From Octopus vulgaris (lineage: Eukaryota): a stretch of 64,000 nt of DNA. Positions 41,662 to 54,809 of this stretch are shown piece by piece (the first letter of the stretch is position 1; each line of letters begins with the position of its first letter). The notes beneath the pieces are model-generated. The model worked only from the letters and a program-made list of their open reading frames with translations, was not told the DNA's origin and did not search any database. The position numbers and the translations under genes were made by a program. The DNA is taken from contig OX597830.1 of NCBI GenBank assembly GCA_951406725.2, positions 19,344,001 through 19,408,000 on the forward strand, read 5' to 3'.

Positions 41662-43235
41662 TTATTTATTTATATATATATACATATAAATGTGCCGGTG
41701 TCACGTAAAAAGCACCATCCGATTGTGGCCGTTTGCCAGCCTCGTCGGGCACCTGTGCAGGTGGCACGTAAAAAGCACCCACTACACTCACGGAGTGGTT
41801 GGTGTTAGGAAGGGCATCCAGCTGTAGAAACACTGCCAGATCAGACTGGGCCTGGTACAGCCTTCTGGCTTCCCAGACCCCAGTTGAACCGCCCAAGCCA
41901 TGCTAGTATGGAAAACGGACGTTAAATGATGATGATGATGATATATATATATATATATAAAATGTGGCTGTCCATGCATATAGGCATGACCTCTACACCC
42001 TTCTCTCAGTCAGGAGATCCTAGTCTTGCAGGTTCCTGGGTGTTGGTGTCATGAAAAAGCACCCAGTACTCTCTGTAAAGTGGTTGGCATTAGGAAAGGC
42101 ATCCAGGCATAGAAACCATTCCAAAACACGCAAGTGGAGCCCAGTCAGTTCTTCAGCTGGCAAGCTCAAGCCAAACCATTCAATCCCTGGCAGTATGGAG
42201 AATGGATGTTAAAAGATGAAAATCTATATGTACGTGAATGTGTATGATGGTTGTAAATGAGCATCACTGTCATACAAGCGATGTTGTTCAATTCCAGTGT
42301 TCCATGGAAACAAGGAGAGTAACTGCTCCTGCAAAATCTTTCTAATCTATGTGAGTATGGTAGTCATTAAATAATGAAGGAAAAAATCAGGAACTCATGA
42401 GGAGAGCATAGTCAAACGCAAGTATTTGACTGGTTCAATCTTCCAAGGTTTATAAAATAAAGTACGTTATCAACTTTGGAAGGATGAAAGCTAAGTTGAT
42501 CTAGGTGGGATTTGAACTCAGACTGTAAAGAGCTGGAATAAATGCAAGTAGCTGGGTAAAAAATTAGTTTTTTATTGGTCCGGGTTGGTTATCTTATCAA
42601 ATCTGAAGGCTTGAAAGACAGGGGTAAACCCAGCAAATTTTGAACTTAGAATGTAAAAGTGACTTGATTGCTTATTACAATATATCTAACCCCTCATTCA
42701 TCCTATACATTAACCCCTTCTGTCAAACCCACCACCTTTCTTGGTCTTCCTTAACCCTTTGGCATTTAATCTGACGATATTGAGCACAAATATTCTACCT
42801 GTTTTATGTTAAAACTGCCCGGATCTGGTCTCTCTCACCTACCCTGCAATGTCATTCTAAAAATATACAAACGCACCATTGAGGTGTTGAAGCTACAAGA
42901 TAATATGTGATTAATTCAAGACAATGTGAATAAATAAGCATTACTTTTGACAAAGAAACCTGAATGCTGAAAGGTGTATGATTACTGTTTCATTGGCTAA
43001 TTTATAAATGTTTTATTAAGGCATAGTCAATTCAGTTTCCAATGATAGTAATAGTCTTCCCCAAAATTTCAGACACAAGGCCTGGGAAGTGGGTTAGTCG
43101 ATTAAACTGACTTCAATTCCTAAAAGAGTGAAAGGCAAAGTTGATCTTGGCAGGATTTGAACCCAGGATATCAAGAGCCAAAAGAAATGCAGCAAATCAT
43201 TTTATCTGATTCACTAATGATTTTTCTACCTTGTA

Positions 43236-43314
<79 letters not shown>

Positions 43315-43327
43315 GTAATAATATTAA

Positions 43328-44560
43328 TAGATAGGAAAACAAGAAAAATAATGACAGGATCTAGGATGCATCACCCAAAATCTGACATAGAAAGACTATA
43401 TATACAACGTATAGAATATGGTAGAGGCCTTATACAGCTGAAAAACTACTATAAAATAACCACCGTAGGACTGCAAAAATTTCTACTTCAGAAGGAAGAA
43501 AAACTGATACAAATAGCGGCAAAACACAAGCAAAACAAAAAACTATTCTCAGTATTTAAGGAAGCTGACAAATACAAACAAGAAATCATACCACCTAATA
43601 AATATGAAGAAGAAGAAGATGAAGAAACAACAAAAGCTATAAGACAAATGAAATCCAAACTAAAAACAGAACAGCAACGAACCATGATAAAACGATGGCA
43701 AGAAAAGCCCCTTCATGGTAAATACTGGACGAAACTAAACGCAAAAGAAATAGACAAAGAAAAATTCCAGTAATGGTTGAGAAGCTCAGGACTCAAAGCA
43801 GAGACAGAGGAATTTTTAATTGCAGCACAAGACCAATGCCTCCCCGCCAGAAATTACCAAAAACATGTAATGAAAAGAAATATAACAAGTAACTGCAGAA
43901 TATGTGGAGATGGACAAGAAACAATAAATCATATTATCTCTATCTGTCCAGTCCTGGCTAAGAAGGAATATATTCACAGACATGACAGAGTTGGAACCTA
44001 CATACACTGGAAGCTATGCCAACATTATGGAATAACAACAGAAAAAAGATGGTATAGGCACACACCAGAAAAGGTCACAGAAAACGAGAAAGCAACCATA
44101 CTCTGGGATATGCCGATACACACAGATAGAGAAATTAAGGCCAACAGACCAGATATAGTTGTCAGAGATCATGAAGAAAAAAATGCTTTCTAATTGATGT
44201 ATCAATACCGGCAGATGACAACGTTTCTCTAAAAGAAATGGAAAAACTTTCAAAATACAAAGACCTGGAAATAGAGGTAACCAGAATGTGGAATCTAAAA
44301 ACAGAAACAATTCCTATCATAGTAGGTGCATTAGGCATGATAAAAAAATATTCAGACAAATACATAACAAAAACACCAGGACTTACAAACACATATAACA
44401 TACAGAAAATTGCACTACTAGGCACTGCACACATCCTACGCAGAACACTTTCCATACAGTAACCATCAGAAAATCACAACAAATCACAGCACATACCTAA
44501 GGCACACAGAGCTGCGCTCGGTAGTGAAGTGAAAGCACGCTATAAAAATAAAACTACTGA
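43328..44560 (+). mobile_element. 5'-truncated R4/Dong-like non-LTR element with restriction-like endonuclease, in (TAA)n
   Basis: HPKSDIERLY, AAQDQ, CRIC..ETINHIISIC (CCHC), RHD, RPDIVV and KLSKYKDL motifs; TAA repeats on both flanks. Confidence 0.9.
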
Positions 44561-44632
44561 ATAATTATAATAATTATAATAATTATAATAATAATATTAA
44601 TAATTTTATAACTATTGTGTCTTCTTTTACAG

Positions 44633-44875
44633 CTTCCTTATCATATGTGGAATTGGGAACCTTTATTACTAAGTCTGGCGGAGAATTTGCATATATCTTA
44701 AACGGTCTTCCAGCAGTGTTGGCATTCTTGTGCAGTTGGTGTACGGCTTTAATCATCAGACCGTCAGCAATCGCTGTGAACAGCCTGGTTTTTGCTGAAT
44801 ATGTAGCTTCTCCCATCTTCGATTCATGTGGACCACCAGTTGTCTTTGTGAAATGTTTGGCTGCAGCAGCAATCA
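44633..44875 (+). CDS. SLC7A9: SLC7A9-like coding exon 3
   Basis: TTTTACAG acceptor, SSLSYVELGTFITKSGGEFAY...DSCGPPVVFVKCLAAAAI, GTAAG donor; 243 nt. Includes the extracellular Cys that bonds to the SLC3 heavy chain. Confidence 0.95.
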
Positions 44876-44964
44876 GTAAGTTCATTGACGCATGATAACA
44901 GGCTTGCACGCATACATACATACACACAAGTGTATGTATGTATGTATGTATGTATATATATATA

Positions 44965-45396
44965 TGTAAATGTAATATGTGACAATTATTCGGTAGCCAT
45001 GATAAAACTCTGAGTTTCGGATGTCGGGGCAGAAACCCATGCCGCCATCTCTTCAATTATCCGGCCATAGGAAAGAATGCTATGAAAATGACCGTTAAAC
45101 AAAGAGAAATTACTATGTGATTGACCGTTATTAAGACGTCATTCTAATAGCTTTTTTGTCTTAATATTGGTCAATTACACAGTAATATCCCCTTGTTTAA
45201 CGGTCATTTTCATAGCATTCTTTCCGATGACTAGATGACTGAAGAGATGGCGGCATGGGTATCTGCCCCAACATCCGAAACTCAGAGTTTTATCATGGCT
45301 ATTGAATAATTGTCACATATTACATTTACAAATAAATTCCTCTATTTACATAATATCAAGGTCTCTTCCATTCTTTTGTTGTCTTACCATTTCTAT

Positions 45397-45410
<14 letters not shown>
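44965..45410. mobile_element. PLE terminal-repeat fold-back (same family as 23599-25135)
   Basis: Inverted arms at about 44965-45137 and 45158-45330. 45330-45410 is the reverse complement of 23600-23680. Confidence 0.8.
45234..45294 (+). ncRNA. Hammerhead motif in PLE terminal repeat, sense to intron 3
   Basis: GAUGA-CUGAAGA-GAUG..CAUC-C-GAAA-CUCAGAG-UU-UUAUC. Related copies at 23705-23765(-), 25050-25108(+) and 45001-45061(-). Confidence 0.68.
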
Positions 45411-45427
<17 letters not shown>

Positions 45428-45430
<3 letters not shown>

Positions 45431-47735
45431 CGAGAAGGTTTACAAAAATAAACAAAAGACGAAGGCAGGTGGGGTACAAACAAACTAATGTAATAGTATA
45501 GCGCTCAGGAATAGAAATAGAAAATGTCTTTTATGTTTCGAGCCTATGCTCTTCGACAGAAAGATACACAGAAAAGAAACAAGGAGAGAAAAGAAATGCG
45601 TGTAGGAGCTAACGATCCAAAATGGCGTTCTGATTTCAGGCAGAAGTCAGAGATCAGACGTTAGACGCTAGAGGGATAGTAGGGGAGATAACAGGGTCAA
45701 GTGACCTCACCCCAACATGAAGGTGCGTGTGTGTATAATAGAGTATGTATGTGCGTGTGAAAGAGGGCTGGTGGTCTGGACGTGTGTATGTATGATGTGA
45801 TGTGTAATGTCGTATGGTGTAGTGTAGTGTGGTGTGATGTTGTGGAGAAGTGGGGGCGAGAGTGGAGAAAGCCCATGTGGGGTGTGGGTTCGGCTGGGGG
45901 TTGGGGTAGAGTGGGATTTGTGGGGAGAGTGAGAGGGGGAGAGAAGAGAGAGGGAGAGAAGAGAGGGGGAGGGAAGAGAGAGAGGGGAGTGGAGAAAGGA
46001 GATGAGGGATAGAGGGGAGGAGGAGGAGGAGGAGGAGGAGGAGGGAGAGGAGAAGGAAAGAGAAGAGGAGAAGGAAGGGGATGGAAAAGGAGGGGAGAGG
46101 GAGAGGAGGAGGAGTGGAGGGAGGGTGGGAGGGAGGGAGGGAGGGGAGAGAAGGGAAGTGAGGGAGCAGAGAGAAAGAGAGAAGGGGAAGAGGGAAGAAG
46201 AAAGAAGAAAGAAGAGGGAAGAGGAGGGAAAGAGAGTAGCGGTGAAAAGATGAAGGACTGAAGAGAAGTAGGAGTCAGGGGAGGTTAGATGAAAAAGGGG
46301 GGGTTAGATGAAAAGGGGGGAGAGTTGAGACCAAATGGCGTAAAAGAGCGAAGAGAGAAGATTAATCCCTGTTCACGGCGCAAGCGGGAACCCGGATGGC
46401 CTCTGTGCAAGGACAATCCGAACAGAGACAGGTGTTGCAAGGAGTGACCGGTGGAGTGGAAATGGCATGAGACCGGGGTGTCATTGGCAAGGCGGATGTC
46501 TCGGAGGTATTCCGCGAACCGGTCAACCAAGCGGCGTCCCGTTTGTCCGATGTACAGGGAACGGCAGAAATAGCAGGAGATGCAATAGATAATATTGCTG
46601 GAGGTACAGGTGAAGGAGTTGATGATGCTATAGGGTCGATGATGGGTGCCAGTGAAGAGGGTGGTGTTGGAGAGGTAAGGGCAAGTGCGGCAACGTGGGC
46701 GGGAGTAGGGGAACGAGCCAGGTTGGGAGGTAGGGTCAGGGAAGAAACTGTGGACCGAGAGGTCTCGTAGGTTATGGGCTCGTTTGAAGAAGGAGAGGGG
46801 TAGGTTAGGGAAGAGGTGTAAAGTGGACAGGTCGAACTGGAGATGCCGGAAAGCTCGAAGAATGGTGCGTTGGAGAGGTAGAGTGGTTGGGTGGTAAGTG
46901 AGGGTAAAAGGGAGGCGGGAGACTGCAGGGCGGGTTCGGGAGGAGAGAGCAGATGCACGGTCTACGGAACGTGCTCTGGCAAGGGCGGTGTGGATAGTGG
47001 TGAGGGGGTATCCACGTAGAATGAAGTGGCGAGCCATGCGTTGAGACTGAGTCTCAATGTCATGGTCGTCACTGCAGAGCCTACGTAGACGGAGGAATTG
47101 GGAATAGGGGATGGAAAGCTTGGTGTGTTTGAGGTGGGAGGAAGAGAAGTTTAGGTATGAGTGTGAGTCTGTGTGTTTGTTGTGAATGGAGGTGGTAAGA
47201 GTGGAGTGATGAATGCTGACCGAAATGTCAAGGAAGGAGACAGAGGTGTTGGAGATAGTAGAGATGAAGTGGAGGGCAGGATGGAAGGATTGAACGAAAG
47301 AGAGGAAAGAATCTAGATGTTCACGGGAGAGAGAGGTGGCACCGATAATGTCGTCAATGTAACGACCGTATAGTTTGGGAGTGGGACCAGTGAAACTAGA
47401 GAATATTTGGGCCTCATCATAGCCAACGAACAGGTTCGCATAATTGGGGCCCATTCGCGGTCCCATGGCCACTCCCGAGAACTATTGGTAGACCTCGCCC
47501 GCGAACGAGAAGCAGTTAAGAGAAAGGACAAGTTCGGTCAGACGAATGAGTGTTGAGGTGTCGGGCTCGGGGTTGGGGCGGAGGTCGAGAAAGTGTTGAA
47601 GTGCCCGCAGTCCTTTGTGGTGAAAGATGACGGTATAGAGGCTCTGGATGTCCATTGTAAACAGGATTTTGGAGGAGCCGGGAGGAAAGAAGAAAGAGTT
47701 GAAAAGCCTGAGAGTATGGTTGGTGTCGTGGATGT
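45428..47735 (-). mobile_element. 5'-truncated Penelope-like retroelement (RT + GIY-YIG)
   Basis: [39 protein letters not shown] and IIYCISCYFCRSLYIGQTG motifs; disrupted near 47482; pyrimidine-rich 3' UTR; (TA)n flanks. Confidence 0.93.
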
Positions 47736-47775
47736 GATATATACTCATACATATATACATATATATATGAATGAA

Positions 47776-47908
<133 letters not shown>

Positions 47909-49434
47909 GTATGCACACACAAACACTTGCATGTATGTAATGATTTCATTCAGGAGTTAACTTTTATGCATAACTTTGAATTTTGATCATCTCAATGACA
48001 CCCCATGAATCAATAACTGCATATATGATTGCATAACATAGTAATACACATGAGATCAGTTTTGATGAAACAATTGTAAATTAAGGTAATAAAAGAACTT
48101 GCTCACTCCATTTTCCTTGGTTATAATTGTACATACATACATACATATGTATACATTGTATGTACAATTATAACCACCAGAAAGTGCACATAGCATATGT
48201 TAAGTAATGCATACTCACACACATCCATATTCATACACGCATTCACATGCAAAGATAATACATGTACACATACATAATACATGTACAAGTTCAAACATTG
48301 TTTGTTTGTATGAGAGCTATGGTATTCAGGAGACCCAAGATGGCAGGTAAGGCTATGGAAGGACCGTAATTAGACTCTTGGTTTGAAAATAATACAAGTG
48401 AGCAGTCTAATGCAGGTCTTGTGTGAGCATGTATATGTTAAATAAAGTGAGACAAGAAAACCAAGGCTGTGTGGAATTTATAGGACATTTATAAATAGAA
48501 AGCTAGTCTTAAAGCTGTTTCTGGGATATAAAGGATATCCTTTCATCATTTTATACACTGTTCCATTGATTAGGTGGTGTCGAAAGGACTGGCATGTGTC
48601 ACCATATAAACTCTGTCAGTCAAACTCCCAACTCATTATTTCACGTCGTGATACTCTTTCTACAAAACTGAGCTGGGTGTGAATTCTAATTTCATACACT
48701 ATTGCAAATGTGTGTTTACAGTCTGCCTTTTTTGATTTAAACTATCTTCCTGCATGTTAAAAATCTTCTTTTTTTTTAGAGTCCTCTACAATATTCGCCA
48801 CCGAAATTCCATTTTTCACTTTTATGATTATACCCAGAGTGCTCTAATCGAATATGAACTGTCTTCCCATTGGCGGACGTTTGTCTTTTTTTTTTAGAAA
48901 CAAACGCATTGCCTCTTTCGTTTTAGAACAATAAAACAATGCTACTTTAATATATTGGTTCAACAAACAAAACATCACCCACTCTCATTCTTTTATGTAT
49001 CTGTCTTCCTCCACCACTCACTCTCTTTTCTCCCTTCCTTTCACTTTCTATCTATAACGTCGTTTCACAGCGTCTACCTCCCTTACCTTCACTTTCTCTT
49101 TATAACGTCGTTTCACAGCGTCCGTTATCCCCCCTCCCTGCCTTCCACAGCCCTTTCACACACTCTCTCTCCCTCTCTCTCTCTCTCTCTATGCATACGT
49201 ACTTCAAATATTGCGTATATCCCCTAAATTGTATATAACAAACACTCCCTTTACAAGCAGTCTGTAATCATTAATTATTTTTAAATGGCGTAGGAGTGGC
49301 TGTGTGGTAAATAGCTTGCTTACGAACCACATGGTTCCAGGTTCAGTCCCACTGCGTGGCACCTTCTACTATAGCCTCAGGCTGACCAAAACCTTGTGAG
49401 TGGATTTGGTAGACGGAATCTGAAAGAAGCCCGT

Positions 49435-49471
<37 letters not shown>

Positions 49472-49790
49472 GATAGTTGATGTTTTATTGATTTAAGTAT
49501 GTTTCTCCATTCTCTAATTTTGTAGTATATATATATATATAGATAAAATTAATTAAGAGTAGAAATTGATATTTATCAATTAAAACCAGTGGTCTAGCAT
49601 ATTAAAAAAGAATCCGAAGATTAAAATATTTATATATACCAATTAAGGACTGAACACGAAAAGTGGACAGTCAACATGCTAGATATAGACGTCAAATCGC
49701 CATTCTCCACAAAAGATTATGTTCTCAAATCAAACTCAGCACAAAACCAAAGCAATAAACAAGTGACAATATACGAAATAAAATAATTAC

Positions 49791-49854
49791 CCATGTACTG
49801 ATCAGTTTCGGCTATTATTATCCGCAACGATAACTGTAGCATTCATCAGCATGG
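49791..49854 (-). ncRNA. Type I hammerhead motif
   Basis: CCAUG-CUGAUGA-AUGCUA..UAGCC-GAAA-CUGAUCAG-UA-CAUGG; palindromic helix III. Confidence 0.75.
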
Positions 49855-50495
49855 CCCGCTATAAATGCAAGTGAGTATGTATGTATGTATGTATGTATGT
49901 ATGTATGTATGTATGTATGTATGTATGTATGTATGTATGTGTGTGTGTGTGTGTGTGTGTATGTGTTTGTCCACCCAACATTGCTTGACAACCGATGCTG
50001 GTGTGTTTATGTCCCCGTAAACTAGCGGTTCGGCAAAGGAGACCAACAGAATACATACTAGGCTTACAAAGAATAAGTCCTGGGTTTAATTTGCTTGACG
50101 AAAGGTGGTACTCCAGCATGGCCACAGTCAAATGACTGAAACAAGTAAAAGAGTAAGAGTACATTAAAAACATTTTTATTTGTTTTATTGTTGAAATTAC
50201 TTAAAATTGTTTTTCATATCTTTTACTTTAAATAATTCTTTTATCAGTTTCAAATTGTTTTCAGTGTTTCAAAAAAATTCTTTTATATACTTATCTAGAC
50301 ATTTTTAGCAATTATTCAATTTTGATTATAATTTCATTCCCCATTCTACTACCATTGCCATTACCATCACCAGTATCCCCCACCTCCCCCTCCACAAGTT
50401 CAGCTCCCACTGCCACCATTACCACCACTACTCCCAATTGCTGTCAATCTCCATTGCTATCAATAAAATGCTTTCTTTGTTTTGTTTTTGTCCAG

Positions 50496-50621
50496 TTCTG
50501 ATCACAGCAATCAACTGTTATAGCACTGATTTCGCAGCAAACATTCAGGTGGCTTTTACAGTAGCCAAAATCACAGCCCTCCTCATCATCATTATTGGTG
50601 GTTTTGTAATGATGGGAAAAG
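50496..50621 (+). CDS. SLC7A9: SLC7A9-like coding exon 4
   Basis: TCCAG acceptor, ILITAINCYSTDFAANIQVAFTVAKITALLIIIIGGFVMMGK, GTAATT donor; 126 nt. Confidence 0.93.
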
Positions 50622-50809
50622 GTAATTATAAGCAAAAATTTTGTCTTTTTTTGTTTTCATTTTTATTGTATGCATGTATGCTTCAGCATGACTGCAGTCA
50701 CATAGCTTAATTACATAAGAGAAATATATATATATATATATATATATATATTACGGAGATGTACTCGCATAGCAAGTAATTTGATCTGAGATCGTGTGCT
50801 GAAATGAAA

Positions 50810-51088
50810 ACAATTGCAGCGTGGAAGGTGTTTGTAAGCCATTTAAGAAACACACAAAAGCCGTTCGATTCACTTCAACATTTAAGTTTAATTTGTCAAA
50901 ATATTTTCGTCGCTAAAATCCGCGACCTGTTCACTGACAAAAATCCGTGCTGCATCTGATTTTTGTCAGTGAAGAGGTCGCGGATTTTAGCGACGAAAAT
51001 ATTTTGACAAATTAAACTTAAATGTTGAAGTGAATCGAACGGCTTTTGTGTGTTTCTTAAATGGCTTACAAACACCTTCCACGCTGCA

Positions 51089-51093
<5 letters not shown>
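50810..51093. repeat. Near-perfect palindrome: 136-bp arms, 12-nt spacer, one mismatch
   Basis: 50810-50945 is the reverse complement of 50958-51093 except at 50929/50974. Confidence 0.95.
50892..50941 (-). ncRNA. Hammerhead motif with G3:C8 compensatory core (GUGAACA)
   Basis: UUUGUCA-GUGAACA-G-GUCGC..GCGAC-GAAA-AUAU-UU-UGACAAA. The mirror copy at 50962-51011(+) has GUGAAGA. Confidence 0.68.
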
Positions 51094-51145
<52 letters not shown>

Positions 51146-51322
51146 ATATACACTTATACAGGAGTGACTGTGTGGTGAGAAATTTGCTTGCTTCTGGGTT
51201 CGGTCCCACTGCATGGTGCATTGGGCAAGTGTTTTCTACTCTAGCCTTGGACCAACCAAGGCTTTGTAAATAGATTTCATAGCTAGAAACTGAAAGAAGC
51301 CCGTTGTATGTGTTTGTATATA

Positions 51323-51429
<107 letters not shown>

Positions 51430-51735
51430 ATACATATGTATGTATGTATGTCTGTATCTATGTGTCTGTGTTTGTCCCTCCACAATCGCTTGACACCGAT
51501 GTTGCTGTGTTTATTTCCTCATAGTAGTTTGGCAAAGGAGGCCAACAGAGTACATACTAAGCTTACAAAGAATAAGTCTTGGGGTCAATTTGTTTGACAA
51601 ATGGCAGTGCTCCAGAGTGGCTGCAGTCAAATGACTGAAACAAGCAAAAGAATATATAATAATAATATGATGGAATATTATTCCAAACTTACAGGGAAAA
51701 TTTAAATTTAGAAACACTAAATCAAATTTCACAAA

Positions 51736-51800
<65 letters not shown>

Positions 51801-51957
51801 TAGAAAAAACACCTTTTATCAATTCAACAATGAAAAAATTAAATAATACCATTTAGAAAAAATTACGTCTTATAGAAAAATTAAATATAAGATAAAACAT
51901 ATACCAATGATTAAGTAATGTGAAAAATAATAAATAAAACGTATATATTTGGTAAAA

Positions 51958-52036
51958 TAACTACACGTGTTTCGTGGCTATATTTAAGAAATGATAACAC
52001 TAAAATCAATTCAATATATAGCCACTCTTCAGGTTA
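51958..52036 (-). ncRNA. Type I hammerhead motif
   Basis: UAAC-CUGAAGA-GUGGCUAUAU..AUAUAGCCAC-GAAA-CACGUG-UA-GUUA; perfect 10-bp helix II. Confidence 0.85.
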
Positions 52037-53191
52037 AAGATAAAAACAATATAATAATTAATTAAATAAAATAATAAATATACGTATATAATCTTGTAAA
52101 ATACGAAATATCTTAACAAATATATTCTTGTGTAAATAAAAAAATAGACTAAAGAGGTATAAATATTTATTATATCTATAAAAATATAAGTTTAACATAT
52201 ATAACAAAAGAATAATAAACTATAATATATCATTACTTGAAAATATACAATTAATTACATTATTTAAAACAAATAAATGAGGCGCAATGGCCCAGTGGTT
52301 AGGGCAGCGGACTTGCGGTCGGAGGATCGCGGTTTCGATTCCCAGACCGGGCGTTGTGTGTGTTTATTGAGCGAAAACACCTAAAAGCTCCACGAGGCTC
52401 CGGCAGGGGATGGTGGTGATCCCTGCTGTACTCTTTCACCACTCTAAAGGCGGTGCTCCAGCATGGCCGCGGTCGAATGACTGAAACAAGTACAAAAAAA
52501 AAAAAAAAAATATATATATAAAGTAAAAAATATGCATTAAGGGAAAACTAAAATACTATAATTTAATCTATATTCATTAAATTAAATTATTAATTAATTA
52601 ATTAATTTATTTAATAAACATCTAAATTAAATCTTATTCTAATTAAGTAATGTATACAAAAAAATTCATGTTAAGTAATAAGCGCAGGAGTGGCTGTGTG
52701 GTAAGTAGCTTGCTAACCAACCACATGGTTCCGGGTTCAGTCCCACCGCGTGGCATCTTGGGCAAGTGTCTTCTGCTATAGTCCCGGGCCGACCAATGCC
52801 TTACGAGTGGATTTGGTAGACGGAAACTGAAAGAAGCCTGTCGTATATATGTATATATTTGTATGTGTTTGTGTGTCTGTGTTTGTCTCCCTAGCATTGC
52901 TTCACAACCGATGCTTGTGTGTTTACGTCCCCATCACTTAGGGGTTCGGCAAAAGAGACCGATAGAATTTGAATAATATTTTGTGTGCATCAGAGGGCTC
53001 ATTAGGACATTGGACAAAATACCTTGTGGTACTTAGTCACACCTGTTTGATGGGTTCACTATCTGATGAAGTTAACCCATCTCTGATCTCGAGAAAATAA
53101 GCAGAACCAGCTAGCTGAATTTTCATAGACAGAAATGGCATGAAAACTTGTCTGTCTGTCTGTCTCTCTCTCTCTTCCTCTCTCTCTCTTC

Positions 53192-53222
<31 letters not shown>

Positions 53223-53776
53223 TCACACAGTTAAACACATATTTTTTCTCTATGCTGGCATTGGTTGGGTAGGTCTTCTTGAGCACATTTGCTGCATTTC
53301 TTTATCTCCTTTGTTAGAAACTTGGTAACATCTTGCTTGCCCAAATGCAGTCGGTTGAAAACTGCATTCTGGATACCAGTAGGCTTCAGGGGTTCTTCAA
53401 GAGTAAATGCACACCTTATCAGAGCTTCCCTGTCATATATAGTATCTTCTCAAGTGGGAAAAAAATTTAGCATTTATTTAATACAATTGAGAGGCAAATG
53501 TATTCCCTCTTATTTATGCTTGTGTTTCCTTTTCTCTTTTTTTATCCCAACTTTTAAGTGAATTCTCTTATTTATGCTTTATTTTTATCATGTTTTTTTT
53601 AATCCTATCTTTTAAGTGAAATATACTAAATTTCTTCCTCATGAAATATCCTTGTAAAAGAAGGGAACATCTTATGTGAGAGTATGTCTTACGTGCCAAA
53701 TGGGGGACTCTCCCATCGAAGACTATGTATAAGTGTTCAGCTTTTACCGAGTGACTTGCACAAAGGATTTGTTGAT

Positions 53777-53989
53777 CCCTTTCGTTACCGTATTTATTTT
53801 GAGATGCTCTGTGTTTCTTTCAATTATTCTAAATATTAAAAAAAATTTGTAAAATAACTTAGTATCATTAAGCTAGTGTTAGGAACATAGATTGTGACTT
53901 GATGGAAGATTTTGATTAAAAACTTATAAAAACAAGACATTTGTATTACAGAACCAGAACCGGTTTCAGCTGATTTGGTAACGAAAGGG
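53777..53989. mobile_element. Second piggyBac-type MITE family
   Basis: CCCTTTCGTTACC...GGTAACGAAAGGG TIRs; a related partial copy lies at about 350-487. Confidence 0.68.
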
Positions 53990-54451
53990 GTATAGTGATC
54001 AAATGTATGAGCTGTGCATTAGCTCTCTCTTTCCATCAATTTGACACATGCACTGTGTACCACACATCAGGTGGCAAAATGATCGCAGAGCAATGTGAGA
54101 TAGTGTTTTGTTCAAGAACACATTGCATCATCCAGTCTAGGAATTGAAACCATGATTTTGCGATCATGAGTGCATCACTCTAACCACTAGGTCATGTGCT
54201 GTCATTATATGCCAAATACCTCTTTTTACTCTTTTACTCTTTTACTCGTTTCAGTCATCTGACTGTGGCCATGCTGGAGCGCCACCTTTAGTTGAGCAAA
54301 TCAACCCCAGGACTTATTCTTTGTAAGCCTAGTACTTATTCTATCGGTATCTTTTGCTGAACCACTAAGTTACGGGGACGTAAACACACCAGCATCGGTT
54401 GTCAAGTGATGTTGGTGGGCGACAAACACAGACACACAAACATATACGCGC

Positions 54452-54534
<83 letters not shown>

Positions 54535-54709
54535 ACGGCCTTTTTTCAGTTTCCGTCTACCAACTCCACTCACAAGGCTTTGGTTGGCCCGAGGTTCTAG
54601 TAGAAGACACTTGCCCAAGGTGCCACACAGTGGGACTGAACCAGAAGACACTTGCCCAAGGTACCAATCAGTGGGACTAATAATTTGTTCTTATTATTAT
54701 ATCCTTTAG

Positions 54710-54809
54710 GTGAATTCTATGACCTCCCAGAGGGTTTCACAGGTTCTGAGACTTCAGGATCAGTTATTGCTTTGGCATTTTATGATGGATTATGGGCTTT
54801 TGATGGATG
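54710..54809 (+). CDS. SLC7A9: SLC7A9-like coding exon 5
   Basis: TTTAG acceptor, GEFYDLPEGFTGSETSGSVIALAFYDGLWAFDG(W), GTGAGT donor. TM6 GLWAxDGW is the b(0,+)AT-type signature. Confidence 0.94.

Noticed and set aside
46285-47472. Selenocysteine-encoding (Naiad-type) PLE
   Set aside because: No in-frame TGA at Cys positions in the 395-aa ORF and no SECIS recognised.
52260-52350. tRNA-like sequence (also 17980-18052)
   Set aside because: A and B boxes are present but run into a repeat body shared between diverged copies; this is a SINE head, not a tRNA gene.
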